From NCBI RefSeq assembly GCF_001457615.1, contig NZ_LN831024.1:1260001-1292000 (forward strand): DNA of 32,000 nt, written 5' to 3'. Shown piece by piece: positions 1 to 8,650 of this stretch. The position numbers were made by a program, and so were the translations under genes. Every line of letters begins with the position of its first letter. The first letter of the stretch is position 1. This DNA is from Pseudomonas aeruginosa (GTDB lineage: Bacteria > Pseudomonadota > Gammaproteobacteria > Pseudomonadales > Pseudomonadaceae). A model generated the notes under the pieces. That model saw nothing but the letters and a program-made list of their open reading frames with translations, had not been told where the DNA came from and did not search any database.

Positions 1-1
1 C

Positions 2-262
2 TGGTACCACAAGACCAGCCAGGCGTTCGTGGTGTTCCAGCCAGTGAAATCGGTCGGCGTGGTCGGCGACGGCCGTCGCTACGCCTGGGTCGTCGCCCTG
101 CGCGCGGTGGAGACCATCGACTTCATGACCGCGCGCTGGGCGCACCTGCCCTACGAACTGCTGGAGAAGGTCTCGAACCGCATCATCAACGAGATTGCCG
201 GTATCTCCCGGGTCACCTACGACGTGTCGAGCAAGCCGCCGGCGACTATCGAGTGGGAGTGA
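2..262 (+). CDS. guaA: GMP synthase (glutamine-hydrolysing), C-terminal fragment; the 5' part lies outside the window
   Basis: Open frame from base 2 reads [86 protein letters not shown], the characteristic GuaA C-terminus. Confidence 0.96.
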
Positions 263-290
263 AGCCACTTCTTCCCTGGTGATTCATCCG

Positions 291-321
291 AAAGACAACG
301 GCCGTAAGGCCGTTGTCTTTT
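291..321 (+). terminator. Rho-independent terminator of guaA
   Basis: Perfect 13-bp stem AAAGACAACGGCC - GTAA - GGCCGTTGTCTTT followed by T, about 30 nt after the guaA stop. Confidence 0.9.
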
Positions 322-548
322 ATGGCTCCGCCAAATGATGTCTGTATAGCGTTGGCTGGTGGTCCGGCAACTGTTTAACGGCCGTTTTACGGTTGAATCG
401 GCCCGTCGATCATGAGATATACTGCTTCGCTTTAATGATGCTTTGCTAATTGTCATGGCAGCTTTTCAGTGAAAAGTGTCGGTTTCTCGGGGCTGTCGAA
501 ATTTCGCAGCATTTTTGGGGTTTCATTGTTTCAGAGGCGAGTTTCGGG

Positions 549-2126
549 ATGAAAATAAAGGCCGCGTTGATTGTTGATGATCTTTCATTGAGTGAGTGGC
601 AAAAGCGGGCGATTGAAGACTCTTCTGAGTATCTTGATATTCAATTGGTTCTCAGTTGTCGTAATAGCGCGACCAAGAAAAGTGTCATCAAGCATTGCGG
701 GTATTATTTTCTCAATATTCTTTCCCTGAAGAATGATATGACTCGTCGAGTGCAGTTAGACTCTCGTGGCTCAGAAGTCATTCATTTCGATTCTGATTAC
801 GAAGGGGCCTGGCAGCGCATCCCGGAAGATGTCTGCGCCCGAATTCTGGATAAGGGAATAAAGCTGGTCATCAAGTTTGGCATGTCTCTGCTCCGCATCG
901 ATGGAGGATTGCAGAGGCTGGACATTCTTTCCTACCACCATGGCGATCCAGAGTACTACAGGGGGCGGCCCGCGGGCTTTTATGAGATCTATGAAAATGC
1001 AGACAGCGTCGGGATCATAGTCCAGAAGCTCTCCAACAAACTGGACGCCGGCGAGGTCTTGGTGCGCGGGTACTCCAAGGTTCATCACCACTCCTACAAG
1101 AAAACCTCAAGAAACTTTTATCTGAATTCGGTCGTGCTGCTTCGCAAGGCGCTTGTCAATTACTCTCGGGGAGAGCAGGTGGTATTAGAAAAGCTGGGCA
1201 AAAACTACCGTCTGCCCAGCAATTTCACCGTCTTCAAGTTTTTCTGCAAGACTATCTTCCGGGGGCTTGCCCGGCTATCGTACGGGGCGTTTTTCGAAAA
1301 AAAATGGAATGTCGTTGCGCTTCCTTACAACGATATTCCTTCGTTGCAAGAATTGTCCGTCTCAGCAGGAAAGATTCCGAAGGTGGAGAAGGGGTATACT
1401 TTCTACGCCGATCCTTTCTTTAGTGCGGACGGTAAGCTGATACGTCTCGAAGCCTTGAATGCTAGCAACGGTCTGGGTGAAATCATTGAATTGAAGGCCC
1501 AGAGTCTTGACTTTTCACGTGTGATCTTGAAGGGGAATCATTTTTCCTATCCCTATTCGTTCGAGGCGTCTGGTGTCGAATATCTGATACCGGAAGTCGC
1601 CTCTCATTCCGCTCCCTGTCTTCTGCCTCCTCCTTTCGCTCTGGAGAGCAAGAAGCTATTCCAGGGAATGGAGGGTGAGCGGATTCTGGATGGCACGCTT
1701 TTCGAACACGGGGGCAGGTACTACCTGTTCTGCGGCCAGGCGGTATCAGGTTCGGACAACCTTTATCTTTATGTCGGCGAGAGCCTGGAAGGACCCTACA
1801 CTTCCCATCCCTGTAACCCTGTGGTGATGAATCCCGGCTCCGCACGAATGGGCGGGCGTATCTTCAAGGAGGGAGGAAAGCTTTACCGGTTCGGTCAGAA
1901 CAACTCCTATGGTTATGGAAGCAGTCTGGCCGTAAACGAAATCGAGGTGCTCGATCCAGAGCATTATTCGGAGAAGCGTGTAGCAAACCTGGCGTTCCAG
2001 GACGCACGCGGTCCGCATACCATCGACATTCATGGGCAAACCATGATCCTCGATTTCTACCAGGACAGATTTTCGCTTCTGGCGGGGTATCGCCGTTTGG
2101 TGGCCAGGCTGCTCAGCAAGGGCTGA
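549..2126 (+). CDS. Fusion protein: N-terminal formyltransferase-like domain plus C-terminal beta-propeller (GH43-like / GINT1-N-like) domain; putative saccharide-modifying enzyme
   Basis: ORF 450..2126; ATG at 549 is preceded by a purine-rich AGAGG. SYHHGDPEYYRGRP...NKLDAGEVLVRG aligns with formyltransferase HPSLLPxYRG...D-x-G; the C-terminal half has SYPYSFEASGVEYLIPE, DGTLFEHGGRYYLFCG, HPCNPVVMNPGSARMGGRIF, LYRFGQN...YGSSLAVNEIEVL and HTIDIHG motifs. Confidence 0.72.
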   Translation: MKIKAALIVDDLSLSEWQKRAIEDSSEYLDIQLVLSCRNSATKKSVIKHCGYYFLNILSLKNDMTRRVQLDSRGSEVIHFDSDYEGAWQRIPEDVCARILDKGIKLVIKFGMSLLRIDGGLQRLDILSYHHGDPEYYRGRPAGFYEIYENADSVGIIVQKLSNKLDAGEVLVRGYSKVHHHSYKKTSRNFYLNSVVLLRKALVNYSRGEQVVLEKLGKNYRLPSNFTVFKFFCKTIFRGLARLSYGAFFEKKWNVVALPYNDIPSLQELSVSAGKIPKVEKGYTFYADPFFSADGKLIRLEALNASNGLGEIIELKAQSLDFSRVILKGNHFSYPYSFEASGVEYLIPEVASHSAPCLLPPPFALESKKLFQGMEGERILDGTLFEHGGRYYLFCGQAVSGSDNLYLYVGESLEGPYTSHPCNPVVMNPGSARMGGRIFKEGGKLYRFGQNNSYGYGSSLAVNEIEVLDPEHYSEKRVANLAFQDARGPHTIDIHGQTMILDFYQDRFSLLAGYRRLVARLLSKG

Positions 2127-2366
2127 GCCATTTCCGCGTCGCCAGCAAGTTACCCACGAACTGGGCGGAGCGACTACTGGTCGTAGAGACGCACATGGGC
2201 AGGGTGGCCGACAGGTCGCCGTCTTCTATGTATGCGTCTTGGCAGGCCGGCGAATTTGTGATGTTAGCCATCGATTTTCTTCGCTCGGCGGCGGAAGCTT
2301 CTGTGGTTTTACCTATTCCCGAGCAAGCGAGGGAGCGGCTTCAACAAGCAAGTACAAGTCAGGCTC

Positions 2367-2495
2367 ATGTCGAACGGTTATCCACCAAAGTATCGCTCTG
2401 ATATTGATGGCTTGCGCGCAGTGGCGGTGCTTTCCGTCATTGTGTTCCATGCCTTCCCGGAAGTGTTCGGTGGAGTGACCTGCCCCCAGTTTTAG
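2367..2495 (+). pseudogene. 5' fragment of an acyltransferase-3 (OafA/YrhL-type O-acyltransferase) gene, truncated after about 38 recognisable residues
   Basis: ATG 2367 encodes [42 protein letters not shown]. [23 protein letters not shown] is the diagnostic N-terminus of acyltransferase-3 proteins; the frame ends abruptly. Confidence 0.75.
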
Positions 2496-2653
2496 TACAG
2501 CTGCCTAGTTAGTAGGCCCTGGGGTTGATATCAATTTTTCCTGCTTCAGCTGCTGTTGGCGAGTTCGCCAACGTACAGCAAATTCTGCGCCGTCCCGTGC
2601 TTTTCTTGCAGCGGTGATGAAACAGCTGCTTACGGGATCGGACGATCTCGATA

Positions 2654-2691
2654 GGAAACTGGATTCCGCTGCATTCGGAATCCAGTTTTCC
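2654..2691. repeat. Strong inverted repeat upstream of the SDR gene
   Basis: GGAAACTGGATTCCG - CTGCATT - CGGAATCCAGTTTTCC: 15-bp arms with one extra T. Confidence 0.7.
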
Positions 2692-2764
2692 ACTTCGATA
2701 ATGACCCTCGTCCCAAGAGCCAGCGCTATCCGCCTGGCCGCTTCCGCATGCGAGGAGAGTTCTC

Positions 2765-3727
2765 ATGGCTATCAGGCAAACCCCCATCAATTCGGGATTC
2801 GGAGCGAAAACGCAGGCCAGCGAGGTGATGGCGGGGCGAGACCTCTCCGGAAAGACCGCCATCGTGACCGGCGGCTACTCCGGTCTTGGCCTGGAAACCA
2901 CGAAGGCGCTGGCCGACGCGGGCGCGCGGGTCATTGTTACGGCGCGCAGACCGGATGTGGCAAGGGAGGCGCTGCTCGGGCTCGACGAAGTCGAGGTGCA
3001 GGCGCTCGACCTGGCCGAGTTGGCCAGCGTGCGTCGGTTCGCCGAGGCCTTCTCCGCCTCGCGCCGTCGTGCCGATATCGTCATCAACAACGCCGGTGTG
3101 ATGGCCTGTCCCGAGACCCGCGTAGGCCCGGGCTGGGAAGCGCAGTTCGCGACCAATCACCTTGGCCACTACGCCCTGGTGAGCCTCTTGTGGCCGTCGC
3201 TCGCGGATGACGCGCGATTGGTCGCCGTGTCCTCCGCCGGGCACCACTACTCGGCGATCCGCTGGGACGACGTGCAGTTCGAACGGGGCTACGACAAGTG
3301 GCTGGCTTATGCGCAGTCGAAGACTGCCAACGCCCTGTTCGCCATCCAGTTGGATGCGCTGGGTCGCGAGAGGGGTGTGCATGCCTTCGCATTGCATCCG
3401 GGCAGCATCGCCACACCGTTGCAACGCCATGTTCCACGGGCGGAGATGATCGCCCTGGGCTGGATGGACGAAGCCGGCAATCCGGCCAGCCCCGACACGC
3501 TCAAGACCCCGCAGCAGGGGGCTGCCACCCAGCTGTGGGCTGCGACCTCTCCGCTGCTGGCGGGGATGGGCGGGCTCTACTGCGAGGATTGCGACATCGC
3601 AGGCATCGCGCCGGACGACTCGCGCACCCTGGCCGGCGTACGCGAGCATGCGATCGATCCGGAGCAGGCCCGCCGCCTCTGGAGGCTTTCGGCGACGCTC
3701 ACCGGGATCGACGCATTCGCGTCCTAG
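2765..3727 (+). CDS. Short-chain dehydrogenase/reductase (retinol dehydrogenase-like SDR)
   Basis: TGGYSGLG nucleotide-binding motif, NNAG, catalytic YAQSK; upstream GAGGAG ribosome-binding site. Confidence 0.9.
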   Translation: MAIRQTPINSGFGAKTQASEVMAGRDLSGKTAIVTGGYSGLGLETTKALADAGARVIVTARRPDVAREALLGLDEVEVQALDLAELASVRRFAEAFSASRRRADIVINNAGVMACPETRVGPGWEAQFATNHLGHYALVSLLWPSLADDARLVAVSSAGHHYSAIRWDDVQFERGYDKWLAYAQSKTANALFAIQLDALGRERGVHAFALHPGSIATPLQRHVPRAEMIALGWMDEAGNPASPDTLKTPQQGAATQLWAATSPLLAGMGGLYCEDCDIAGIAPDDSRTLAGVREHAIDPEQARRLWRLSATLTGIDAFAS

Positions 3728-3795
3728 TCGAGCACACGGAAGACGTCGCGGATACCGCGCTTTCTGTCCATCAAACAAGCACCGGGATCGATCGA

Positions 3796-4944
3796 ATGAC
3801 CTCCAGCAGCGTAGGGAAAGGTATTGCCATCTCCGGCATGTTCTTCATGCTCGGATTGTGTTTCGGGAGCCTCAGCTCCCGGATGGCCACGATAAAAGAC
3901 GGACTCCAGCTTTCCGACGGGGTGTTCGGCAGTGCGCTTTTCGCCATGTCGGCCGGGGTGGTGCTCTCGTTGCCGGTATCCGGCTGGATGATCGCGAAGC
4001 TCGGCAGCAGAAACGTTGGAGTAACGGCGATTCTCGCGAACGCCGTTCTGCTGTCGTTGGTTCCCTTGGCTTCTAGCGTCTACCAGCTTGCTGCTCTGTT
4101 GTTCGTATCGGGGTTCTCCTATAGCGCGGTCAATGTGTCGAACAATACCCAGGCAAGCCTGTCGGAGGCGCTCATCGGAAAGACCGAGTTACCGTTTTTC
4201 CACGGTATATGGGGGTTGGCGGGATTCGTCGGCGCCGGGTTCGGGGCGTTGATGATCGGGCAGGACTTTGCCTTGTCCACGCATTTCGGCGTGATATCGG
4301 TGATCGCCTTCCTGGCCGCCCTGGCCTGCTGGCGCTTTCTCCACGACCAGCCTGGCGCGGAGCGGGTCGGGCGGGCCTTCACGATGCCGGACAGGAGGCT
4401 TTTCAACTACGGGCTGATCGTTTTTTTCTCGATGGCCTGCGAAGGCATCATGTATGACTGGAGCGTCGTCTATTTCCAGGACGTGGTCTCGGCCGAGCGG
4501 CAACTGGTCGGAGTCGGCTTCATGGTGTTCATGGGCGCCATGACTGTCGGCCGGCTTCTGCTGAACCGAGTCGCCGACCGTTTCGGTACGCGCAGCACCT
4601 TGCAGTGGAGCGGGGGGCTCGCCTTGATCGGCATGGTCACGACGATCGCCTATCCGAGCCTGCTGGCGTCGATCATTGGCTTCTGCCTTGTCGGTCTCGG
4701 CATCTGTACCGTCATTCCGCTGGTGGCGGGGGCCGCCGCCCGCTCCTCGAGCATGGCGCCGAGTTCGGCTATCGCAGCCGTTCTGACGATCGGATTCCTG
4801 GGCACGTTGATCGGCCCGCCGCTGATCGGCTTTCTCTCCGAAGCGTTCGGCCTGCGTTATGCCTTCGGCGCGTGCGTGGTCCTGGCCATCGGGATCATCC
4901 TTCGGGCGGGAAAGATACCGTGGCAAGCTCCGTCGGTCGTTTGA
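3796..4944 (+). CDS. MFS transporter (YbjJ/FucP-like)
   Basis: Hydrophobic multi-spanning frame from ATG 3796 (MTSSSVGKGIAISGMFFMLGLCFGSLSSRMATIK...). The longer ORF call 3298..4944 overlaps the SDR gene in another frame and is not needed. Confidence 0.88.
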   Translation: MTSSSVGKGIAISGMFFMLGLCFGSLSSRMATIKDGLQLSDGVFGSALFAMSAGVVLSLPVSGWMIAKLGSRNVGVTAILANAVLLSLVPLASSVYQLAALLFVSGFSYSAVNVSNNTQASLSEALIGKTELPFFHGIWGLAGFVGAGFGALMIGQDFALSTHFGVISVIAFLAALACWRFLHDQPGAERVGRAFTMPDRRLFNYGLIVFFSMACEGIMYDWSVVYFQDVVSAERQLVGVGFMVFMGAMTVGRLLLNRVADRFGTRSTLQWSGGLALIGMVTTIAYPSLLASIIGFCLVGLGICTVIPLVAGAAARSSSMAPSSAIAAVLTIGFLGTLIGPPLIGFLSEAFGLRYAFGACVVLAIGIILRAGKIPWQAPSVV

Positions 4945-4995
4945 CCATGCGCTCGACCGCTCGGGGAACCTGCCGCATGGGCGGTTCGCCGAGCG

Positions 4996-5952
4996 CTATG
5001 CCCTGCTGGCCTGCCGGCTGCGATAGTCTCTGGGCGAGCATTTCATGATGCGTTTGAAGGCGTTGCTGAAGGCGCTGTCCGAGCCGTAGCCCAGGGTTTG
5101 CGCGATCGAGGAAATCGTCGCTTTGCTGTCGCGCAGGGCGCGAGCCGCCAATTGCATACGCCAGTGCGATACATATTCCAGCGGCGCCAGTCCCGCGGTT
5201 TGCTTGAAACGCAGGGCCAGCGTGGAGCGCGAGGTACCCGCTACGTCGGCCAGGCGCTCGACCGTCCAGACTTTGGCCGGCTCGGCGTGGATCGCCCGGA
5301 TCGCCGCGCCTATGCGCGGATCGGACAACGCCAGCAGCCAACTGGGCGTGTCGCTGCCCTTGCCGGCGAGATAGAGGCGCAGCACCTGCGCCAGCATGAT
5401 GTGGCCCAGGTGGTGAGCGATCAGCGCGCTACCGGGTGACGGGCAGGAAAACTCATGGGCCAGTCGGTGCAGCGCCCAGCTCAGTACGGATGCCTGGTCC
5501 GAATCGCTTTTCACGACGGTCACCGGAGGCAGCCCGTCGAACAGCAGGTTGGCTTCTTCGCCAAAGGCGAAGCGACCGCCGATCAGGAAACAATCCTCGC
5601 TTTCCCCATAGTGCGCGACGCCGTCAGGGGCATCTCGGTAGAGCAGCGTGGCGTCGGCGGCGGGAAGGGATAGATCGCTGCCGACCAGCAGCGGACTGCG
5701 GCAGGACACCAGAAAGCAGTCGCCCGCTTCCAGTCGGATCGGCTCTTCCATGCCGTCGGTGGCCAGCAGGCAAGCGCCACGGACTACCACGTTGAACTTC
5801 ACACCTTCCGGTGCCGGAAAGCGGAGTGCCCAATCGCCGCCGGTCTTCAGGGCGCCGAAGGAGGAGTCCTGGCTGTTGACCAGGGAAAGGACTTCGGAGA
5901 GAGGATCCATTGATGCTGGACGATCGCGATAGAAGATAGGAGTTTTTTGCAT
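4996..5952 (-). CDS. AraC-family transcriptional regulator with cupin-type N-terminal sensing domain
   Basis: C-terminal AraC HTH: VERLADVAGTSRSTLALRFKQTAGLAPLEYVSHWRMQLAARALRDSKATISSIAQTLGYGSDSAFSNAFKRIMKCSPRDYR. An alternative start lies at 5910. Confidence 0.92.
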   Translation of the reverse strand: MQKTPIFYRDRPASMDPLSEVLSLVNSQDSSFGALKTGGDWALRFPAPEGVKFNVVVRGACLLATDGMEEPIRLEAGDCFLVSCRSPLLVGSDLSLPAADATLLYRDAPDGVAHYGESEDCFLIGGRFAFGEEANLLFDGLPPVTVVKSDSDQASVLSWALHRLAHEFSCPSPGSALIAHHLGHIMLAQVLRLYLAGKGSDTPSWLLALSDPRIGAAIRAIHAEPAKVWTVERLADVAGTSRSTLALRFKQTAGLAPLEYVSHWRMQLAARALRDSKATISSIAQTLGYGSDSAFSNAFKRIMKCSPRDYRSRQASRA

Positions 5953-6100
5953 TCTAAGTCCGGAGATGTTTTCTCACAATGAGATTGCATCAGGTTGCCA
6001 TCGACTCGGAGAACAGCATGCACGACAGACAGTTTCACATGCCTCCCGCTTTCGGCGGTGAGGCCAGCGACAGTGTCGCTCTCGCGGCGGGAGAGAAGCG

Positions 6101-7096
6101 ATGATCAACCGTCAGATCGTTCTGAGCGAGCTTCCCCGGACTGCGCTCGCTGTCCGGCATTTTCAGGGGCGGGAGGTGCGTTGTCCGGTTCCGGCCGACG
6201 GTGAGCTGTTGCTTCGTGTCCTGTACATACCGCTGGACGCCGCCAGCCGGGCCTGGATGCAGGGCGCGACCTATCGCCCCGGCCTCGTGGCCGGGGAGGT
6301 GATGGCGGGGTTGGGACTGGCCGAGGTGGTGGAATCGTGCTCGGCGTCGTTCCAGCCCGGCGACCTGGTCTGTGCCGAGACCGGCTGGCAGACTTTCGCG
6401 GTCGTGCCGGCGGCCGGGCTCATCAGGCTGCCGCGCCTGGAGCCCCTCACGCACCTGCTCAGCGTCTACGGCGTAGCAGGCCTGACGGCCTATTTCGGCC
6501 TTCTCGAATGCGCCAGACCGGTGCAGGGCGAAACGCTGGCGGTGTCAGCCGCCGCCGGTGCCGTCGGCTCTATCGTCGGGCAGATCGCCAGGATCAGGGG
6601 CTGCCGTACTGTCGGCATTGCGGGAGGCGCCAGCAAATGCGCCTGGCTGGTTCGTGAACTGGGTTTCGACGCGGCACTCGACTACAAGACGGGGACGCTG
6701 GCCGATGACTTGCGGCGGACCTGTCCGGACGGGATCGACGCGTATTTCGACAACACCGGCGGTGCAATCCTCGATGCCTGTCTGCCGAACATGGCGGAGC
6801 ATGGACGGGTCGCCTGTTGCGGCGCGATTTCGCAATACGACCTGGACCGACCCGCCGCCGGTCCTGCCGGGATCCCCGGGCTGCTCATCATCAAGCGCCT
6901 GACGTTGCGCGGATTCCTTCTTGGCGACTTTCTCGAGAGCAGAGAGCGGGCGCTCTCCGATCTCAAGGCATGGGTCGACTCCGGGCAGATCAAGGTATAC
7001 GAGGATGTGCTCTACGGACTGGAAAGCCTGCCGGCGGCTCTGGTCGGCCTGTTGAATGGCGAGAACTTCGGCAAGCGCATCGTGAAGGTAGCCTGA
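6101..7096 (+). CDS. Zinc-independent MDR-family NADP-dependent oxidoreductase (CurA / prostaglandin reductase-like)
   Basis: AAAGAVGSIVGQIARIRGCRTVGIAGG nucleotide-binding segment and YFDNTGGAILDACLPNMAEHGRVACCGAISQYD, typical of this family. Confidence 0.88.
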   Translation: MINRQIVLSELPRTALAVRHFQGREVRCPVPADGELLLRVLYIPLDAASRAWMQGATYRPGLVAGEVMAGLGLAEVVESCSASFQPGDLVCAETGWQTFAVVPAAGLIRLPRLEPLTHLLSVYGVAGLTAYFGLLECARPVQGETLAVSAAAGAVGSIVGQIARIRGCRTVGIAGGASKCAWLVRELGFDAALDYKTGTLADDLRRTCPDGIDAYFDNTGGAILDACLPNMAEHGRVACCGAISQYDLDRPAAGPAGIPGLLIIKRLTLRGFLLGDFLESRERALSDLKAWVDSGQIKVYEDVLYGLESLPAALVGLLNGENFGKRIVKVA

Positions 7097-7203
7097 GCGT
7101 AGTCCGCGACCAGCGATCCGCCGCTGGCGCTGGGGAGCTCTTTTGCTTGCTGCAGGTCAGCGGGAGTGTATTTGTTCCGAGCGAGAACTCGCCTTGTGGG
7201 CGT

Positions 7204-7228
7204 GGAAATGAGAAAATCTATCATTTCC
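7204..7228. repeat. Perfect 8-bp inverted repeat upstream of the multicopper oxidase start
   Basis: GGAAATGA - GAAAATCTA - TCATTTCC, about 30 nt before ATG 7259. Confidence 0.6.
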
Positions 7229-7258
7229 CAGCCGCAGTACCGCGAAGGTGAAGGCTCC

Positions 7259-8650
7259 ATGACATTTACCCGTAGACAAGTGCTCGGCGGCCTCGCCGGG
7301 CTGGCGGTGGTCGGCCTCGGCGCCGGCGGCGCGCGCTTCTGGCTGGCGCGTCCGCAGGTGGCGCAGGAGTACGACTACGAACTGATCGCCGCGCCGCTGG
7401 ACCTGGAGATCGTCCCGGGCTTCAGCAGTCCGGCGCTGGCCTATGGCGGCCAGTGCCCCGGCGTGGAGTTGCGGGCGAAGCAGGGCGAGTGGCTGCGGGT
7501 GCGCTTCATCAACAGGCTGGACGAACCGACCACCATCCACTGGCACGGCATCCGCCTGCCGATCGAGATGGACGGCGTGCCGTACATTTCCCAGCCGCCG
7601 GTGCAGCCGGGCGAGAGTTTCATCTACCAGTTCAAGACCCAGGACGCCGGCAGCTACTGGTACCACCCGCACCTGATGAGCAGCGAGCAGCTCGGCCGCG
7701 GGCTGGTCGGCCCGCTGATCATCGAGGAGCGCGAACCCACCGGGTTCCGCCACGAGAAGGTTCTCTGCCTGAAGACCTGGCACGTGGACGAGCAGGGCGC
7801 CTTCACCCCCTTCAGCGTGCCGCGCCAGGCCGCGCGCGAAGGCACCCGCGGGCGCTATTCGACGATCAACGGCAAGCATGTGCCGACCATCGACCTGCCG
7901 GCCGGGCAGATTGTCCGGGTGCGCCTGCTGAACGTCGACAACACCGTCACCTACCGTCTCAACCTGCCCAACGGCGAGGCGAGGATCTATGCCATCGATG
8001 GCCATCCGGTGGAACCACGCGGCTTCGAGGGGCAGTACTGGATCGGTCCCGGGATGCGCCTGGAGCTGGCGCTGAAGGTGCCGGAAGCGGGCACCGAGCT
8101 GTCCCTGCGCGACGGGCCGGTACGCCTGGCGACGATCCGCAGCGTGGCCAGCGCCGAGGCACCTGCCGGCGACTGGCCGAAGCCGTTGCCGGCGAATCCG
8201 GTGAGCGAACCGGACCTGGCCAATGCCGAGAAGATCGGTTTCCGTTTCGAGTGGGTCGGGGCCATGTCCGATACCAGCGGCAAGAATCCCTATCCGTCGT
8301 TCTGGCAGATCAACGGCAAGGCCTGGGAAGGCGGCGAGGAGCACAAGCACAACGCGCCGCCGCTGGCCAAGCTCAAGGAAGGCCAGAGCTACATCTTCGA
8401 GCTGCGCAACATGGCGCAGTACCAGCACCCGATCCACCTGCATGGGATGGCCTTCAAGGTGCTGGATTCGGATCGCCGGGACATCATCCCGTACTTCACC
8501 GACACCTACCTGCTGGGCAAGAACGAGACTGCCCGCGTCGCGCTGGTGGCGGACAATCCGGGCCTGTGGATGTTCCACTGCCACGTCATCGACCATATGG
8601 AGACCGGCCTGATGGGGACCATCGCGGTCGGCGAGGCCTGGTGCGGGTGA
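7259..8650 (+). CDS. Multicopper oxidase, probable Tat-exported
   Basis: Tat-like MTFTRRQVLGGLAGLAVVG leader; copper-ligand motifs TIHWHGIRLP, YWYHPHLMS, HPIHLHGMAF and WMFHCHVIDHMETGLMG. An alternative start lies at 7208. Confidence 0.93.
   Translation: MTFTRRQVLGGLAGLAVVGLGAGGARFWLARPQVAQEYDYELIAAPLDLEIVPGFSSPALAYGGQCPGVELRAKQGEWLRVRFINRLDEPTTIHWHGIRLPIEMDGVPYISQPPVQPGESFIYQFKTQDAGSYWYHPHLMSSEQLGRGLVGPLIIEEREPTGFRHEKVLCLKTWHVDEQGAFTPFSVPRQAAREGTRGRYSTINGKHVPTIDLPAGQIVRVRLLNVDNTVTYRLNLPNGEARIYAIDGHPVEPRGFEGQYWIGPGMRLELALKVPEAGTELSLRDGPVRLATIRSVASAEAPAGDWPKPLPANPVSEPDLANAEKIGFRFEWVGAMSDTSGKNPYPSFWQINGKAWEGGEEHKHNAPPLAKLKEGQSYIFELRNMAQYQHPIHLHGMAFKVLDSDRRDIIPYFTDTYLLGKNETARVALVADNPGLWMFHCHVIDHMETGLMGTIAVGEAWCG

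Noticed and set aside
377-386. AACGGCCGTT palindrome before the fusion gene
   Set aside because: Short GC-centred palindrome with no additional copies or context; likely chance.
2505-2693. 62-aa minus-strand ORF as a transposase fragment
   Set aside because: The peptide (…AARKARDGAEFAVRWRTRQQQLKQEKLISTPGPTN) shows no DDE or HTH motif I can recognise; the IS hint rests only on the nearby end-like sequence.
2726-3778. 350-aa minus-strand ORF over the SDR gene
   Set aside because: The SDR frame has complete TGxxxGxG, NNAG and YxxxK motifs, so the antisense frame is an artefact.
7097-7258. Possible attR-type duplicate of the guaA 3' end
   Set aside because: I compared the guaA tail (ACTATCGAGTGGGAGTGA and its terminator) by eye with this interval and found no convincing copy.
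7157-8596. 479-aa minus-strand ORF over the multicopper oxidase
   Set aside because: Antisense shadow of a gene with all copper-ligand motifs intact.
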